Positions 1 through 11,289 of a DNA stretch of 64,000 nt are shown piece after piece. Numbering within the stretch: position 1 is the first letter of the stretch; each line of letters starts with the position of its first letter. The notes beneath the pieces were generated by a model. That model worked only from the letters and a program-made list of their open reading frames with translations. It had not been told where the DNA came from and ran no database searches. Source of the DNA: Sulfolobales archaeon HS-7 (GTDB taxonomy: Archaea; Thermoproteota; Thermoprotei_A; Sulfolobales; Sulfolobaceae); assembly GCA_019704295.1 (NCBI GenBank), contig AP024596.1, positions 960,001 through 1,024,000 of the forward strand. Reading direction: 5' to 3'. A program made the translations under genes and the position numbers.

Positions 1-77
1 TTCTTGAGATAGAAGGGCATAAATTTCAAAAAATAGTTAGTAGAACGGGAAGAACTAGATACGTTTTGCTTGAATGA
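1..77 (+). CDS. 3' end of an unidentified CDS entering the window
   Basis: Open frame from position 3 (LEIEGHKFQKIVSRTGRTRYVLLE) ending TGA at 75-77, convergent with the TauE gene; no function recognisable. Confidence 0.3.
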   Translation, partial: LEIEGHKFQKIVSRTGRTRYVLLE

Positions 78-98
78 CATTTGAAAGGAATAGATGTC

Positions 99-938
99 TT
101 ATAATAATACAAATACATTCTCATATATCAAATACACTGCAACTATGATGATGATGACGGAAAAAATTCTTCTCAGAGTTATTCTTGGAAGCGAAGTAGC
201 CACTCTAGTACCTGCATAACCCCCAAGAACTCCACCAATAAAATACAGCAAAGCTACAATTACGTTTATATCTCCTGCAATAGCATATCTCAGCGCGCTG
301 ACCACGCCGAAAGTTCCTACAGAGATTAGCGAGGTACCTACTGCTTGAATCATATTTAATCCTGCACTGTATATGAGACCAGGAACTATCAAGAATCCTC
401 CGCCAATACCAAAAAATCCAGAGAGCAGTCCTACTACAAATCCCGTTGGAATTATACGTCCATATTTTATTTTACGTATGGTTGTTCCATTACTACTTAT
501 ACTTGAATTTATTTGCTCTTTGCCTCTTAGCATGTTGACCCCTATTCCGATCATAAGGAAACCAAATAGGATGAGCAAATAAGGTCCGCCAACTGAGAGT
601 CCAATCGATGCCCCCAGTAGAGATCCGACAACTCCTGGTAATGCAAATGTAATACCCTCTTTCGTTCTTACGTTTCCCTTTCTATAATGGAGATAAGAAT
701 TAGCATAGGCGTTTATTCCAACGGCAAGGGCGGTGGTTCCTATTACTAGGTGATCAATATAACTTGCTGTTTGTGTTCCAGGCGGTGCAATAAAACCAAG
801 ACCCACGAAATAGAGTAAAAGAGGAACTGCAAGAATTGAACCTCCGCCTCCAATTAAACCCAAACTAAATCCTACTATCGAACCGGCGATTATTGATAAG
901 ATATATTGGTAAGTTGTTAATTCGATCATATAGATCAT
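99..938 (-). CDS. Sulfite exporter TauE/SafE family membrane protein
   Basis: Duplicated GLIGGGGSILAVP / GFFGIGGGFLIVP motifs, AVGTSL, about 8 TM helices; start may be the second ATG at 929. Confidence 0.9.
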   Translation of the reverse strand: MIYMIELTTYQYILSIIAGSIVGFSLGLIGGGGSILAVPLLLYFVGLGFIAPPGTQTASYIDHLVIGTTALAVGINAYANSYLHYRKGNVRTKEGITFALPGVVGSLLGASIGLSVGGPYLLILFGFLMIGIGVNMLRGKEQINSSISSNGTTIRKIKYGRIIPTGFVVGLLSGFFGIGGGFLIVPGLIYSAGLNMIQAVGTSLISVGTFGVVSALRYAIAGDINVIVALLYFIGGVLGGYAGTRVATSLPRITLRRIFSVIIIIVAVYLIYENVFVLL

Positions 939-1225
939 ATGTAGGAATATTTAGTAAATAGTAATAAAACTTTCTTATATAAAAACGACTATAACAGGTT
1001 TTAAATGCTGAAGTGAAAATGATTATGAGGACCGTGTTATTTCGCTAATAATCAACAGCGGGAAAGGTTTAGTCAATATCCCTAATATTATTTAGGTAAA
1101 TACCGTGAAACATGGTAGGTCCTGAACTTCTTTCACGAGTTAACAGTGATAAACACAATCTAAAATTTTCTTAAAGTTGTTATAGTAAGTGATATTTTCA
1201 ATATTCTATAGGGCTTCGGAGTTAT

Positions 1226-1453
1226 TTACTCATGAGAAGAAGTTTTGTCTAATTCCTTATTCTGACGCTTCTTCTCATTAATAACAGTCTTCACCCTGGC
1301 TATGTCTCTCTTTGTAGTTCTAATGAGATGATGATTCTTAAGTTGTCCGTTAGCCCATTTCATTCTGTACTGAAATAGTTCCCCTCGCAACTCTTCTAAT
1401 TTCTTTTGTAACTCCGCTAAACTCATTTCCCTTAGTTCCTTAGTCTCAGGCAT
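1226..1453 (-). CDS. rpl29: 50S ribosomal protein uL29
   Basis: [11 protein letters not shown]...[19 protein letters not shown]; ATG at 1453 has a GGTGA SD and overlaps the rps3 stop. Confidence 0.95.
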   Translation of the reverse strand: MPETKELREMSLAELQKKLEELRGELFQYRMKWANGQLKNHHLIRTTKRDIARVKTVINEKKRQNKELDKTSSHE

Positions 1454-2135
1454 TTCCTGTTTCACCCTCATCAAATTTAACATTAGTTACAACAACTTCT
1501 GAAGCAGAAGGACCGGTTTCTTCACTCGTCCTCATTTCCTCCTCAGTCTTAAACCTTAATCCAAGTTCCTTAGATGGAGGTTTCGCAATTACTATTTCTA
1601 CTCCAAAAATTCCTGGAGTCAACTTGGCTTTCGCTATAGCCCTATCCACGATAACATCTAGTTGTTGACCTGTTTTATAGACTTGACCCTCCTTTAGTTT
1701 CTCATAGCGAGCCCTCTCACTTGTTAGCTTTCCACTAACTATTACCTCAGCTCCAAGGGCACCTGCGTTTATTATTTTTCTAATTATGAAGAAAGCCGCT
1801 CTTCTGAAATGAATGCCTTTTTCTAAAGCTGTAGCTAAAGAAAATGCCATCACGCGTGCACTTAACTCAGGTTTTTCAACTGGTATTACCGTTATCTGTG
1901 GATTCTCCAGACCATAATCTTTCTCCAGGATTTCCTTAAGTTGTTTAATTGTTTTTCCACCCCTTCCTATTATCATTGCAGGTTTCTCGGCTCTTATAAT
2001 AACCCTTACACCTAGTGGCGTCTTCTGAATATCAACACCTTCATAACCCGCCCTGTAAAATTGAGTCGCCAGATACTCATCAACTTTTACTCTTGTAAAT
2101 GATTTTTGTAAAAAGTGTTCTTTTATTTTGACCAT
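1446..2135 (-). CDS. rps3: 30S ribosomal protein uS3
   Basis: KH domain [23 protein letters not shown]; operon position. Confidence 0.97.
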   Translation of the reverse strand: MVKIKEHFLQKSFTRVKVDEYLATQFYRAGYEGVDIQKTPLGVRVIIRAEKPAMIIGRGGKTIKQLKEILEKDYGLENPQITVIPVEKPELSARVMAFSLATALEKGIHFRRAAFFIIRKIINAGALGAEVIVSGKLTSERARYEKLKEGQVYKTGQQLDVIVDRAIAKAKLTPGIFGVEIVIAKPPSKELGLRFKTEEEMRTSEETGPSASEVVVTNVKFDEGETGNA

Positions 2136-2136
2136 T

Positions 2137-2604
2137 TCATCCCCTCACTATAACCTCGATATGAGATCTTGCTTTATTCTTTTCCGTTGCTCTTCCGAAG
2201 GCCCTTGGTGTAAACCTCTTAATGTAGAATCCCTTATGTGCTGACATATGAACTATTTTGAGACTGTCTGACTCCATTCCCTTATTTATTGCATTATTTT
2301 CTGCGGCTTCAATAGCTTTTAAAACGTATTTCACTGCTTTCTTGGGATACCTCCCCTGTTTAATCTTCCATTTCTTGGAGATATCTCCCCTATGACCTGT
2401 CCCCTTTGTGTATCTATAAAACGGTATGCTCTCTTTCCCTTCGAGAACCCGATTCAAATACTCCTTTGCCTTGCTTACTTTCATTCCTCTTACTGCTCTG
2501 CAGACATTATACAAATCCCTTACGGAAACATCTACGTTCTTCAATACTGCCTTACCTAACGAAATCTCGTCGATTCCTAATAAAGGATATTTCCACTTAC
2601 TCAT
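2137..2604 (-). CDS. rpl22: 50S ribosomal protein uL22
   Basis: GRYPKKA, PRAFGRA, HIEVIV; operon position. Confidence 0.97.
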   Translation of the reverse strand: MSKWKYPLLGIDEISLGKAVLKNVDVSVRDLYNVCRAVRGMKVSKAKEYLNRVLEGKESIPFYRYTKGTGHRGDISKKWKIKQGRYPKKAVKYVLKAIEAAENNAINKGMESDSLKIVHMSAHKGFYIKRFTPRAFGRATEKNKARSHIEVIVRG

Positions 2605-2607
2605 AGT

Positions 2608-3027
2608 TTATCCCTTCATTGCCATAAATAGACTAGATTTAGTGGCTTTTAGTCCAGGTTCTCCATGTTCTACCTTCTTCGTAGTTACGGAGAACTCACC
2701 AAGGTAATGACCAAGCATCTCTGGCTGCACTGTAAACTCGACGAACTCCTTTCCGTTATAAACTGACATCTTCAATCCTATCATTTCAGGAAGTATTATC
2801 ATATCCCTTACATGTGTTCTAATCGGCTTAGTTGTATTTGCTCTCCGAATTTTCCTTATTCTAGTTAACAACCTTCTTTGTTGCTCAGTGAAACCCCTTT
2901 TAAGAGTTCGCCTTTGTCGTGCTGGAAGCATCTTTATAAACTCATCCAGTGGCATGTTTACAATCTCGTCTAGTATTTTCCCCCTATATCTAAACTTCTT
3001 CCATTCTGGTGGTATTTCACTGGACAT
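2608..3027 (-). CDS. rps19: 30S ribosomal protein uS19
   Basis: [26 protein letters not shown]. Confidence 0.97.
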   Translation of the reverse strand: MSSEIPPEWKKFRYRGKILDEIVNMPLDEFIKMLPARQRRTLKRGFTEQQRRLLTRIRKIRRANTTKPIRTHVRDMIILPEMIGLKMSVYNGKEFVEFTVQPEMLGHYLGEFSVTTKKVEHGEPGLKATKSSLFMAMKG

Positions 3028-3037
3028 AATTACTCAC

Positions 3038-3754
3038 CTACTCCTTCCTCCTCCCTGTTCTTCTAGAAGCTATATGTCCTACTTTCCTCCCTGGAGGGGC
3101 ATTCCTCGACACTGTACTGGATCTACTAACGGACCTATGATGTCCGCCACCGTGAGGATGATCGACCACATTCATTTTAACCCCATTAACCCGCGGCCAC
3201 TTTCTTGCCTTTACTCTATACTTATGGTAATTGTTTCCAGCCTTTAACAATGGTTTTTCCTTTACTCCTCCACCGCTCACCTTTCCAACTGTAGCCCTAC
3301 ATTCTTCAGGAAAATCCCTAACCTTGTCTGACGAGAGTTTAAGCGAGACTTTCCCGCCCCCACGTCCCAATATTATTGCATATGTTCCGGCGCTTCTAGC
3401 TATCTTACCTCCGTCACCTTTTGCAACTTCAATGTTACATACCATTGAACCGTCAGGAATGCTTTGTAATGGTAAAATATTACCGGCCTTTACTTCAGCT
3501 TTTTCACCAATAAGTATCTCTTGGCCCACTCTTAAACCTTCTACTGCCACGTTATAAAATTCGTTACCGTCATCTAACTTAATCTTAGCTATTGGCGCCT
3601 GTGAGCCTGGATTATGTACGATTTTCACAACTTGTCCACGGGATGTTACATTTGAGATAGAAGGGTACCTTACTTTACCCTTTCTAGTCCACCCAGGATT
3701 TCTGAAATTTATGTTACCTCTTCCTGCTCGTTGCTGTAATAGGCTTTTCCCCAT
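3038..3754 (-). CDS. rpl2: 50S ribosomal protein uL2
   Basis: [28 protein letters not shown]. Confidence 0.98.
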   Translation of the reverse strand: MGKSLLQQRAGRGNINFRNPGWTRKGKVRYPSISNVTSRGQVVKIVHNPGSQAPIAKIKLDDGNEFYNVAVEGLRVGQEILIGEKAEVKAGNILPLQSIPDGSMVCNIEVAKGDGGKIARSAGTYAIILGRGGGKVSLKLSSDKVRDFPEECRATVGKVSGGGVKEKPLLKAGNNYHKYRVKARKWPRVNGVKMNVVDHPHGGGHHRSVSRSSTVSRNAPPGRKVGHIASRRTGRRKE

Positions 3755-3764
3755 CAGATCACCA

Positions 3765-4016
3765 TCATACTAAACCCATTTTACTTAAGATATCATCTAC
3801 TTTAAATTCTTTTGCGAATGTTACATATGCCTTTTTCTCGCCTTTCGGTGTTATCAATGTATTTACCCTTACCACCTTTACATTGAATACATTTTCAACT
3901 TCCTTTTTAATATCTGCTTTGGTAGCCCTTCTTTCAACTCCCACTATTAAAACGTTCTTTTGAACTCTTAGATTTGTAGCCTTTTCTCCACCAATAACCC
4001 TTTTTATGACGCTCAT
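3765..4016 (-). CDS. rpl23: 50S ribosomal protein uL23
   Basis: [11 protein letters not shown]...[15 protein letters not shown]. Confidence 0.96.
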   Translation of the reverse strand: MSVIKRVIGGEKATNLRVQKNVLIVGVERRATKADIKKEVENVFNVKVVRVNTLITPKGEKKAYVTFAKEFKVDDILSKMGLV

Positions 4017-4795
4017 ACCTCTAGCCTCTCCTTTATCTTATCTATCGAACTGACTGAATAAATTGTTAACCTACCGGGTTCGCCACCTGGTGCTAGATGA
4101 ATTACACTTAATGCATCTGCATATATTACTGATACGCCTAATAAGTTCCTCGCTGCTTTAATTAACTCGCTCGTACTTTTAGACACTACCACTAAGGGTC
4201 CTACAGGGACTTTATACCTCCTGCCCCTCATCTTCCCTTTTCCAGGCCTTATCTTCTTGCCCTTTTCCACCCTTATTAGATCTTGATAAACTCCTATCTT
4301 TTTCAATGTCTCGACAAACTCTGCCGTTTTATTGACTTTCTCAATTTCATCCTCCATAACGATTGGAAGACTTTTAACTTCGAATAAGTGACCTCGTCTT
4401 GTCACATATTCCCTGATTCCTGTTGCACTTATCGCAGACGTAATCGCCTTTCTCATTTCCTTCCTGTTAATCCTTTCCTCAATTTTTCTATCCACTGATG
4501 GTGGAAAAGCCAATCTACCTCCTACTACCATGGGAGCTAATCTCGCTTCTCCACTCTCTATTCTAGGAACTCTAGCTCTTCCTAATCCTATCCCGAAACT
4601 TTTAGCTGGAGTTCTTTTCCCTGCTAGTGAGTCCCTTCCTTTAGGCTGTATAGATTTTGAGAATGAGGAGAAAAAAGCCCTTCTGATCAAATCCCTTCTC
4701 ACCGGATAAGAGAAGAGCAAGGGTAATTCTATATCCCCTCGTTCCTCCCCGTTCTTCGATAAAATAACAGTTTTCCTTTTTTCAAGCTCTAACAT
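4013..4795 (-). CDS. rpl4: 50S ribosomal protein uL4
   Basis: VRRDLIRRAF, GKGKMRGRRY, HLAPGGEPGRLTIY. Confidence 0.97.
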   Translation of the reverse strand: MLELEKRKTVILSKNGEERGDIELPLLFSYPVRRDLIRRAFFSSFSKSIQPKGRDSLAGKRTPAKSFGIGLGRARVPRIESGEARLAPMVVGGRLAFPPSVDRKIEERINRKEMRKAITSAISATGIREYVTRRGHLFEVKSLPIVMEDEIEKVNKTAEFVETLKKIGVYQDLIRVEKGKKIRPGKGKMRGRRYKVPVGPLVVVSKSTSELIKAARNLLGVSVIYADALSVIHLAPGGEPGRLTIYSVSSIDKIKERLEV

Positions 4796-4799
4796 TTTA

Positions 4800-5804
4800 T
4801 CACCCTTGTTTACTAGAAAGATCTATTGATATTACTTTAGGCTGTTTAATTTCATCCGTAGTTTTTCTTATAGGATATCTTAGGAAGAGTGGTCTTTTAA
4901 CAGAACCGGGTACGCTACCTTCTACTACAATATACTGAGATCTGACTACTCCGTATCCAACAAAGCCCCCGGCCACATTAATCTTTGTAGGATCATTTCC
5001 TATTAGCATAATTTTTTTATTATAATCTGTTCTCCTATGGAATCCCATTTGTCCAGGCTGCGGTGTGTAACTTTGAGAAAAAGGTCCTCTCGTCCCTACC
5101 TTTCTACTTCCCTTTCTATGTTTATGCCACCTTGGGAGTTCTTGCACATGAAATCTTTTTACCGCACCTTGGAATCCCTTGCCCTTTGTAACCGAAATTA
5201 TGTCAATTTCTTGGCCCTCTTTGAAAACTTGGTCAATTGTTATTTCTTTACCTATCATGGGTTTAATAAACTCAAACGCGTCTTTTGAATTCCCACTTAT
5301 TTGGATTTCTACGGCTTCAGGTTTCTTTTTACCAAGAGATTTCGCTAACCGCGGCTGCGTTACAGTAATTGCCCTTAAATACATAATTTTGTCCAAATTC
5401 TCTGTTATTTTGCTTAACTTTTTCTCCTCATTCTCCTTGTCAACAATCAGTTTGTTTAGTAATCTATTAAGCTGAAGCTCCTTGGGTGGTTCAACGATAT
5501 ATGAAGTAAAAGACATTGGTTCATCATCCTTAATTATATACGCCTTAATGCCTAGAATAAATACAGGTGGGGTCTCAATAACAGTTACTGGTGTAAAGAC
5601 TTCCTTTCCGAATGTTGGAGAACCCGGAGTTTGATCAATGGCGAAAGCGTGAGTCATGCCCACTTTATAACCCACGAAACCTAAGAGCGTAGGCTTCTCT
5701 ACATGAGGCCACGTTCTAGGTCTAGGTAAGAATTTCACTGATCTTTTTCTAGGGCGCATTCCACTAGATCCTTTACGAGGCGATGCAAGCTTACGATGTC
5801 CCAT
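4800..5804 (-). CDS. rpl3: 50S ribosomal protein uL3
   Basis: MGHRKLASPRKGS, GYKVGMTH, TKGKGFQGAVKR, GQMGFHRRT. Confidence 0.98.
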   Translation of the reverse strand: MGHRKLASPRKGSSGMRPRKRSVKFLPRPRTWPHVEKPTLLGFVGYKVGMTHAFAIDQTPGSPTFGKEVFTPVTVIETPPVFILGIKAYIIKDDEPMSFTSYIVEPPKELQLNRLLNKLIVDKENEEKKLSKITENLDKIMYLRAITVTQPRLAKSLGKKKPEAVEIQISGNSKDAFEFIKPMIGKEITIDQVFKEGQEIDIISVTKGKGFQGAVKRFHVQELPRWHKHRKGSRKVGTRGPFSQSYTPQPGQMGFHRRTDYNKKIMLIGNDPTKINVAGGFVGYGVVRSQYIVVEGSVPGSVKRPLFLRYPIRKTTDEIKQPKVISIDLSSKQG

Positions 5805-5896
5805 TCCTTTACCCTAGATGTTTAGAAACAGGTGGAATAAAAGAGTTATTGGTTGCCCTTATTTACACGAAGTAACTCGAAACCAGTAAAAAACGG

Positions 5897-8542
5897 TTAA
5901 TGTGGTTTGAGCCATTTGGAGATGAAAGTTATGGTTAATACGAAAAGCATTAGGATAGAGAGTGTTAGAATCAATTCGTAGTTTATGGTCGGAACGAGTC
6001 TTTCGAAAATTGGCGATGTAACAATTATTGTAATATTATTGCCGTTATATGTACCCTCAAAATAGTAGTCATATAAAATACTCCCTCGGCGATATAGTAT
6101 TAGGTGTTGACCATATGTATGCCAGGATTTCGTTACATTATTCCCGTACACTATTGTTACTAAATATTGATATGAGGGATGAATCGTAATTAACAAAGGT
6201 TCTCTAACCTCGAATGTCTGACTTGTATTAATTATTTGCCTTACTGAAGAGTTTACTGCAAGTAACGAGGGAATGGTTATATTAGAAGAAATATTATAAT
6301 AACCTGTAGTAATTAGCTGCTCCTTTCCGTTTACATAACCATGTATAGGATACGAAACGTTTACTAGAAATTGGCGATAATATTGTATTGAGATATTTAA
6401 CGGATACGTTAGTATGACTTCCGTAGGTGAGTATATTACAAACCTAGAGTCATTGACATATACTAATTGAGAAGGTATATATATTGTAGACATGTTGTAA
6501 TACCCCGATGTAATATTAGCGGGTTTCCCATTGACGAATCCCTTTACGGGTAAGGGAGTATTAATGTAATATTGAACATAATACGAGGGGGTTATCGTTA
6601 GCGGAGCTGCTACCAAAATTGACTCCTCGCTTATTACGTACCTGAATCCATTTTCCGATATATTTTGTGCAGGAATTATGAACACTGAAGCAGGGACCCA
6701 AAATGAGGTACTATTATACGTTTTTCCATTAACTATAGTGGAAATGTTGTAGGGAAAATTCAGACTGAACCTATATAAGATATTGTATTGTATAGTTATA
6801 TTTATAGGCGAGGTTATGATGAAATGTTGAGGAATTACCTCATATAACTCGTCATTTGTGGTTATGTTTTGCGGCATGATACTTATTTTAGTCCCGTTTC
6901 TGTAATAGCCAGAATGAAGACTAGTTATTTTATTGTTAATATATACTTTTATAGAATAATTGAATATAAAATTAACATAATAGTATTTAACTATCCCATG
7001 GGTATAGTTGATTGGCTTCCTTAAAGCGAAACTAGTTTGCTGTACTGCGTTTAATGTAAGATTGTCACTAATATTTTGAGAAGGGACTAATACGAGACTA
7101 CCTGACGGATAAAACCCTCCTCTTCCGTAATATTTAGTCCCATCAACGTAATAAGTGAGGTTGAAAGGAAAGGATAGTCGATAGTATGCCCTGTAAATAG
7201 CGGTTACGTTTATTCGCCCTGTAGAATTTAATAATATTGAAAAATTATGGGTTGGTTTTCCATTTACCAGAAGAGTGGTTAGTAAGTATTCTGCATTAGA
7301 AGTATTGTAAGAAATTGGGAAAATTAGAATTCCTGGGATGGACAAGTTATAGATTCCTGGGCGCAGGGTAACGTTATCAACACTAAATGGAGTAACTGAG
7401 CTTATATTAACGGTTGTAAACTTAGTTGAGTACGTTGAATTAAAAGTCTTCTGATAAACTATTACGTTACCTATTTTAAGAAATATCCGTATCATGTAGT
7501 TTCCTACTGGTAAACCCGTCATGTTAATGTAGTTGGGATCGCTAACGGTTTTGTAGAACGAAATACCGTCAGGCCCTGAAACATTTACATACCACTGCGC
7601 ACCGATTGGTTGCACTTTAGGGATGTAACTATTATTAACAAATGTTAGGGTGGCATTTATATTCCACAGAAATTGCTGACTATCAATTCCAGATTCCTCC
7701 ACTACTAATCCGACTGTATTATTCCAGTACTCACGTATTCCTTGCGTTGGATTTACGCTCTCCGCAGTATCGTAGGAGTAAGTCACAGCAGAGGGAAACG
7801 TGTAATACCTCCCTTTAAACATGTATTTGCTAACCGCAAAAGCCTTCCAACTATATATTGTGGCCTGTGCTCCATCTCCCATTCCGCCAACTACCCATTC
7901 AGCGTCGCTGAATAATCCAGAAGGGGTACTGCCTCCTACTACTAAAGAGAAGTTACGCTGATTTGGTATAATGATTTTATCATATGTGACGTTTTCTGAG
8001 TAAGTGTAGTTGGAAAAGTAAAAGCTGATTAGGAATTTTACCTGATTGTTGTAATTTGCAACAGTCGCATTAGCAAATATTACAAAGGGGGATTTAGTGA
8101 TTACGCTATGAGGGTAAACGTAAACGTAAAAGCGTGTATCGCCGTATTCACATATCTTTCCGTTTCCTATTACACGGCCTATCTGAGAGCCTATTGACGT
8201 TAAGTTCCATAAATTGTCGAGAAAAGTTATGTTGTACCTATTGACTCCAATATTACAGATCACCGCTACGTCCTGAATCCAATAAAAATAGTATCCATTT
8301 GATGCAACAACGTTTAGTTGAATTGAAACACCCGGCACTTCATTGCCGTCTATATCTGACGAAAAGTTTCCATAAAAGAACTTCAAATAGCCCACTATTG
8401 AATTAGTCCTAAGGATATATGGAGTTACTTGATTTCCTATTAGTACTTCTCCATTGTTTACTACTCCTATTGCACTACTGCCTACTACTATCGACATAAT
8501 AATAGATACTAAGACTAATGTCCCCACTATCTTTCTAATCAT
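5897..8542 (-). CDS. Thermopsin-family (peptidase A5) membrane-anchored surface protein
   Basis: Signal peptide; SIQLNVV, YWIQDV, DNLWN, DAEWVVGG, DTAES thermopsin motifs; repeated beta modules; C-terminal TM helix. Confidence 0.85.
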   Translation of the reverse strand: MIRKIVGTLVLVSIIMSIVVGSSAIGVVNNGEVLIGNQVTPYILRTNSIVGYLKFFYGNFSSDIDGNEVPGVSIQLNVVASNGYYFYWIQDVAVICNIGVNRYNITFLDNLWNLTSIGSQIGRVIGNGKICEYGDTRFYVYVYPHSVITKSPFVIFANATVANYNNQVKFLISFYFSNYTYSENVTYDKIIIPNQRNFSLVVGGSTPSGLFSDAEWVVGGMGDGAQATIYSWKAFAVSKYMFKGRYYTFPSAVTYSYDTAESVNPTQGIREYWNNTVGLVVEESGIDSQQFLWNINATLTFVNNSYIPKVQPIGAQWYVNVSGPDGISFYKTVSDPNYINMTGLPVGNYMIRIFLKIGNVIVYQKTFNSTYSTKFTTVNISSVTPFSVDNVTLRPGIYNLSIPGILIFPISYNTSNAEYLLTTLLVNGKPTHNFSILLNSTGRINVTAIYRAYYRLSFPFNLTYYVDGTKYYGRGGFYPSGSLVLVPSQNISDNLTLNAVQQTSFALRKPINYTHGIVKYYYVNFIFNYSIKVYINNKITSLHSGYYRNGTKISIMPQNITTNDELYEVIPQHFIITSPINITIQYNILYRFSLNFPYNISTIVNGKTYNSTSFWVPASVFIIPAQNISENGFRYVISEESILVAAPLTITPSYYVQYYINTPLPVKGFVNGKPANITSGYYNMSTIYIPSQLVYVNDSRFVIYSPTEVILTYPLNISIQYYRQFLVNVSYPIHGYVNGKEQLITTGYYNISSNITIPSLLAVNSSVRQIINTSQTFEVREPLLITIHPSYQYLVTIVYGNNVTKSWHTYGQHLILYRRGSILYDYYFEGTYNGNNITIIVTSPIFERLVPTINYELILTLSILMLFVLTITFISKWLKPH

Positions 8543-8590
8543 TCACATCTAAGTCTATTGATTTACTACCTGATATGTTTTGCTATTTGT

Positions 8591-8910
8591 CTTGATAAGG
8601 TTTTGAAAGGCGGAAGATCCATCCGGAAGGCATGAATAGCCCACTTTTAGTTAATCTCAAATACGAAATAAGGACTTATTTCCATTAATGACACTCATTG
8701 ATGGGGTAAACGTTAAAAAGATGCCTAAGCAAGGGTCTGTGTGATACACCTCTCCTTCAACTAATAGTCTGCAGGTACCATAATGTTAAATTCGAGGCAG
8801 GTGTGACCTTCAGAACATGTGGAACTTTCATGACAAGGCGAAGCTGTGAGGTAAGAAATCCCTACCATTAGGTGGGGAGAATCGTGTTTATTAGAGCAGG
8901 GTGAGTTCAC
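8591..8910 (+). mobile_element. Non-autonomous IS200/IS605-type MITE (SMN1-like), 320 bp
   Basis: Degenerate left end TTTGT|CTTGATAAGG...GCGGAAGATCC...GAATAGCCC; right end CCCTACCATTAGGTGGGG...GGGTGAGTTCAC matches the tnpB element end at 61060; no ORF. Confidence 0.75.
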
Positions 8911-9001
8911 TACATTCGTAATATTCCTATTAATTGTCAAACCGGATATACGAACTCTATTAGTTTAAAGGATATGGTATCTTCGTAAATAGGAAGTGAA
9001 G

Positions 9002-9466
9002 TTATGCACTTCCTCTACAGAAGCTATTCCATAATTCATCTGAGATGTGATGGATATTTTCGGCAAACTTGCCCTTCTTGTTTGTTCTAACTTCAGGTGC
9101 ATTAGGCACTACCCGTAATATCGATAGTGGACGATCGTTGTATTTTGCCAAAATAATCTCCCCAGGTAAGCATTTACATTGATAATCTCTTATTCCTGGT
9201 GCGAATAGATCAGCTCCTCGTATCAGGGCTTTAGCTGCTCCTTCATCGACAGTTACGTAGCCAATACTTAGTGGGTATTTCATTGCTGTACATACTAGCG
9301 GGATCATTTCCTCTGAGAAAAAAAGAACGGAACCGTCAAAAATATAAAAAGTCTGCTTTTTCTCCTTTCCAATCTCTAGTTTCCCTTCTAAGTTTAAACC
9401 ATATTTCTCCTTAATACTCTGTTGAATTTTTCGCTTATCTTTTTCAGACGCCATGTACTTCTGCAA
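9002..9466 (-). CDS. PUA-domain RNA-binding protein (DUF1947/MCT-1-like)
   Basis: VTVDEGAAKALIRGADLFAPGI, KGKFAENIHHISDELW. Confidence 0.85.
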   Translation of the reverse strand: MQKYMASEKDKRKIQQSIKEKYGLNLEGKLEIGKEKKQTFYIFDGSVLFFSEEMIPLVCTAMKYPLSIGYVTVDEGAAKALIRGADLFAPGIRDYQCKCLPGEIILAKYNDRPLSILRVVPNAPEVRTNKKGKFAENIHHISDELWNSFCRGSA

Positions 9467-9564
9467 TCTTCCTTCGCCCTAACGATACTTTTCTACATCA
9501 TTTAAAAACGTTGCTTCCTCCTTTAAAAAAAATGAGATAAAATTTATTCCTGAAAAATAAGTAA

Positions 9565-10059
9565 GTGGTAATGTCAGTAAAGTTAGACGTAATAAGGGTA
9601 GACATACCGGAAGGATGTAACATAATATTGGGTCAATCGCATTTCATAAAGACTGTAGAGGACCTTTACGAAGCAATGGTTACCTCCTCCCCTCATTTAA
9701 AATTCGGGATTGCCTTTGTTGAGGCCAGCGGTAAGCGTCTAATAAGGAAAGATGGAAACGACGAATCTCTGATCAACAAAGCTGTTGAAGAATTAAAGAA
9801 AATAGCGGCAGGACATACGTTCATAATATTCCTGAAAGAGGGGTATCCTATAAACGTCCTTAACAGAATAAAAGAAGTTCAGGAGGTAGTTCGAGTATTT
9901 GCAGCAACGGCAAACCCGCTTCAAGTAATAGTGGCCGAGACTGATCAAGGGAGAGGTATTCTAGGAGTTGTCGATGGATATACACCTCTCGGGGTAGAGA
10001 GTGCTCAAGACGTTGAGGAGAGAAAGGGAATCCTCAGGAAGTTCGGATACAAGAGATAA
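9565..10059 (+). CDS. Adenosine-specific kinase family protein (DUF355)
   Basis: [41 protein letters not shown]; start probably ATG 9571. Confidence 0.9.
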   Translation: MVMSVKLDVIRVDIPEGCNIILGQSHFIKTVEDLYEAMVTSSPHLKFGIAFVEASGKRLIRKDGNDESLINKAVEELKKIAAGHTFIIFLKEGYPINVLNRIKEVQEVVRVFAATANPLQVIVAETDQGRGILGVVDGYTPLGVESAQDVEERKGILRKFGYKR

Positions 10060-10455
10060 GGTTGACGATATGAGTTTATCCGCGATAATCTCATTACCTT
10101 TAGTGTATTTTATCATGGAGGCGGCTAGCAATATCAAGGCTTGTTCAATCTTTTTCCTCTCCTCATCTTTTTCGGTTCTCCATATACTTTCCACTTTTTC
10201 ATGTACCTCCCAAAATCGCATATCGTTAAAAAGTTCCCAAACTGTTTCTGAATTCTTCCCAACGGAAACGTAACTTATCACATTAGAATACTTTCCAATA
10301 TAATCTAAAAAGGGTGTATCGTTAGACGCTATCAGGTCAATTTCAATTAACTTGCCCTTTCTAATGTCTATCACGTTTAGACCTTCGGACCTCAGTAAGT
10401 TTTTTAGTTTATCCAAGGATAACTCACATTTTACAAAAACCAAGTACCTGTTCAT
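9961..10455 (-). CDS. DUF309 domain protein
   Basis: [18 protein letters not shown] matches the F-x-x-H-E-x-x-E-x-x-W motif; overlaps the convergent gene by 99 bp. Confidence 0.75.
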   Translation of the reverse strand: MNRYLVFVKCELSLDKLKNLLRSEGLNVIDIRKGKLIEIDLIASNDTPFLDYIGKYSNVISYVSVGKNSETVWELFNDMRFWEVHEKVESIWRTEKDEERKKIEQALILLAASMIKYTKGNEIIADKLISSTLSLVSELPEDSLSLLNVLSTLYPERCISIDNS

Positions 10456-10565
10456 TACACTATTTAGTATTTGTTAAGTAATTACTGTTATTCTCCGAAG
10501 ACTCACATACTCTAAGGACTAAATTCACATTAACGGTTTTAAGTTGATTCGACGTAAAAAAATTC

Positions 10566-11288
10566 GTGACTAGTAAAGAAGAGATAAGACAAAAGATTTG
10601 GGAGATTATGGAACGGAATAATATTGCGGCGTTCCCTCGACCTGTATACGGTAGAATACCCAACTTTAAGGGTGCCAAACAAGCAGCTACTAACTTGATG
10701 GGACAGAAAGAGTTAATTAATGCGTCAGTCATTAAGGTGAATCCAGATTCCCCTCAAAGACCTTTAAGAGAGATGATATTAAGGAAAGGGAAGACTCTCG
10801 TGGTTCCAACTCCCCGCTTAAAGGGGGAATTTTATTTAATAGAACCGGGAAAAATCAACGATCCTAAACTTGGCTCTACCATTTCATCACTTGAAACAGT
10901 TGGCGAAAGGATAACCCTTGAATTACTTCCGAAAATAGACGTAATTGTTATGGGTTCGGTTGCAGTGACGACAAGCGGAGATAGAATTGGAAAGGGTGAG
11001 GGATATAGTGAGTTAGAATACGCAATTTTACTCGAGACAGGGATAATAAAGAAAGATGTACCGATATTTACCACAGTACATGAAATCCAGATTGTAGATT
11101 ATATTCCAGTGGAACCATTTGATGTAACAGTTGATGGGATATCAACGCCCTTAAGAACGATACGAGTTAACGGAAATAAAGCAAGACCGAACGGTTTACT
11201 TTTAAATTACTTAACTCCCGAGAAGATAGAGAGAACTCCATTTCTTAGGGATTATTTAGAAAAAACTAGACATCTCTCTCGACTATAG
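10566..11288 (+). CDS. 5-formyltetrahydrofolate cyclo-ligase-like protein (MTHFSD type)
   Basis: FPRPVYGRIPNFKGA, KVNPDSPQ, RIGKGEGYSELEY. Confidence 0.9.
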   Translation: MTSKEEIRQKIWEIMERNNIAAFPRPVYGRIPNFKGAKQAATNLMGQKELINASVIKVNPDSPQRPLREMILRKGKTLVVPTPRLKGEFYLIEPGKINDPKLGSTISSLETVGERITLELLPKIDVIVMGSVAVTTSGDRIGKGEGYSELEYAILLETGIIKKDVPIFTTVHEIQIVDYIPVEPFDVTVDGISTPLRTIRVNGNKARPNGLLLNYLTPEKIERTPFLRDYLEKTRHLSRL

Positions 11289-11289
11289 T

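Noticed and set aside
939-1225. Matching inverted repeat at the rpl29-side breakpoint
   Set aside because: Only weak AT-rich similarities to other spacers; no convincing match to the rnp1-side sequence by eye
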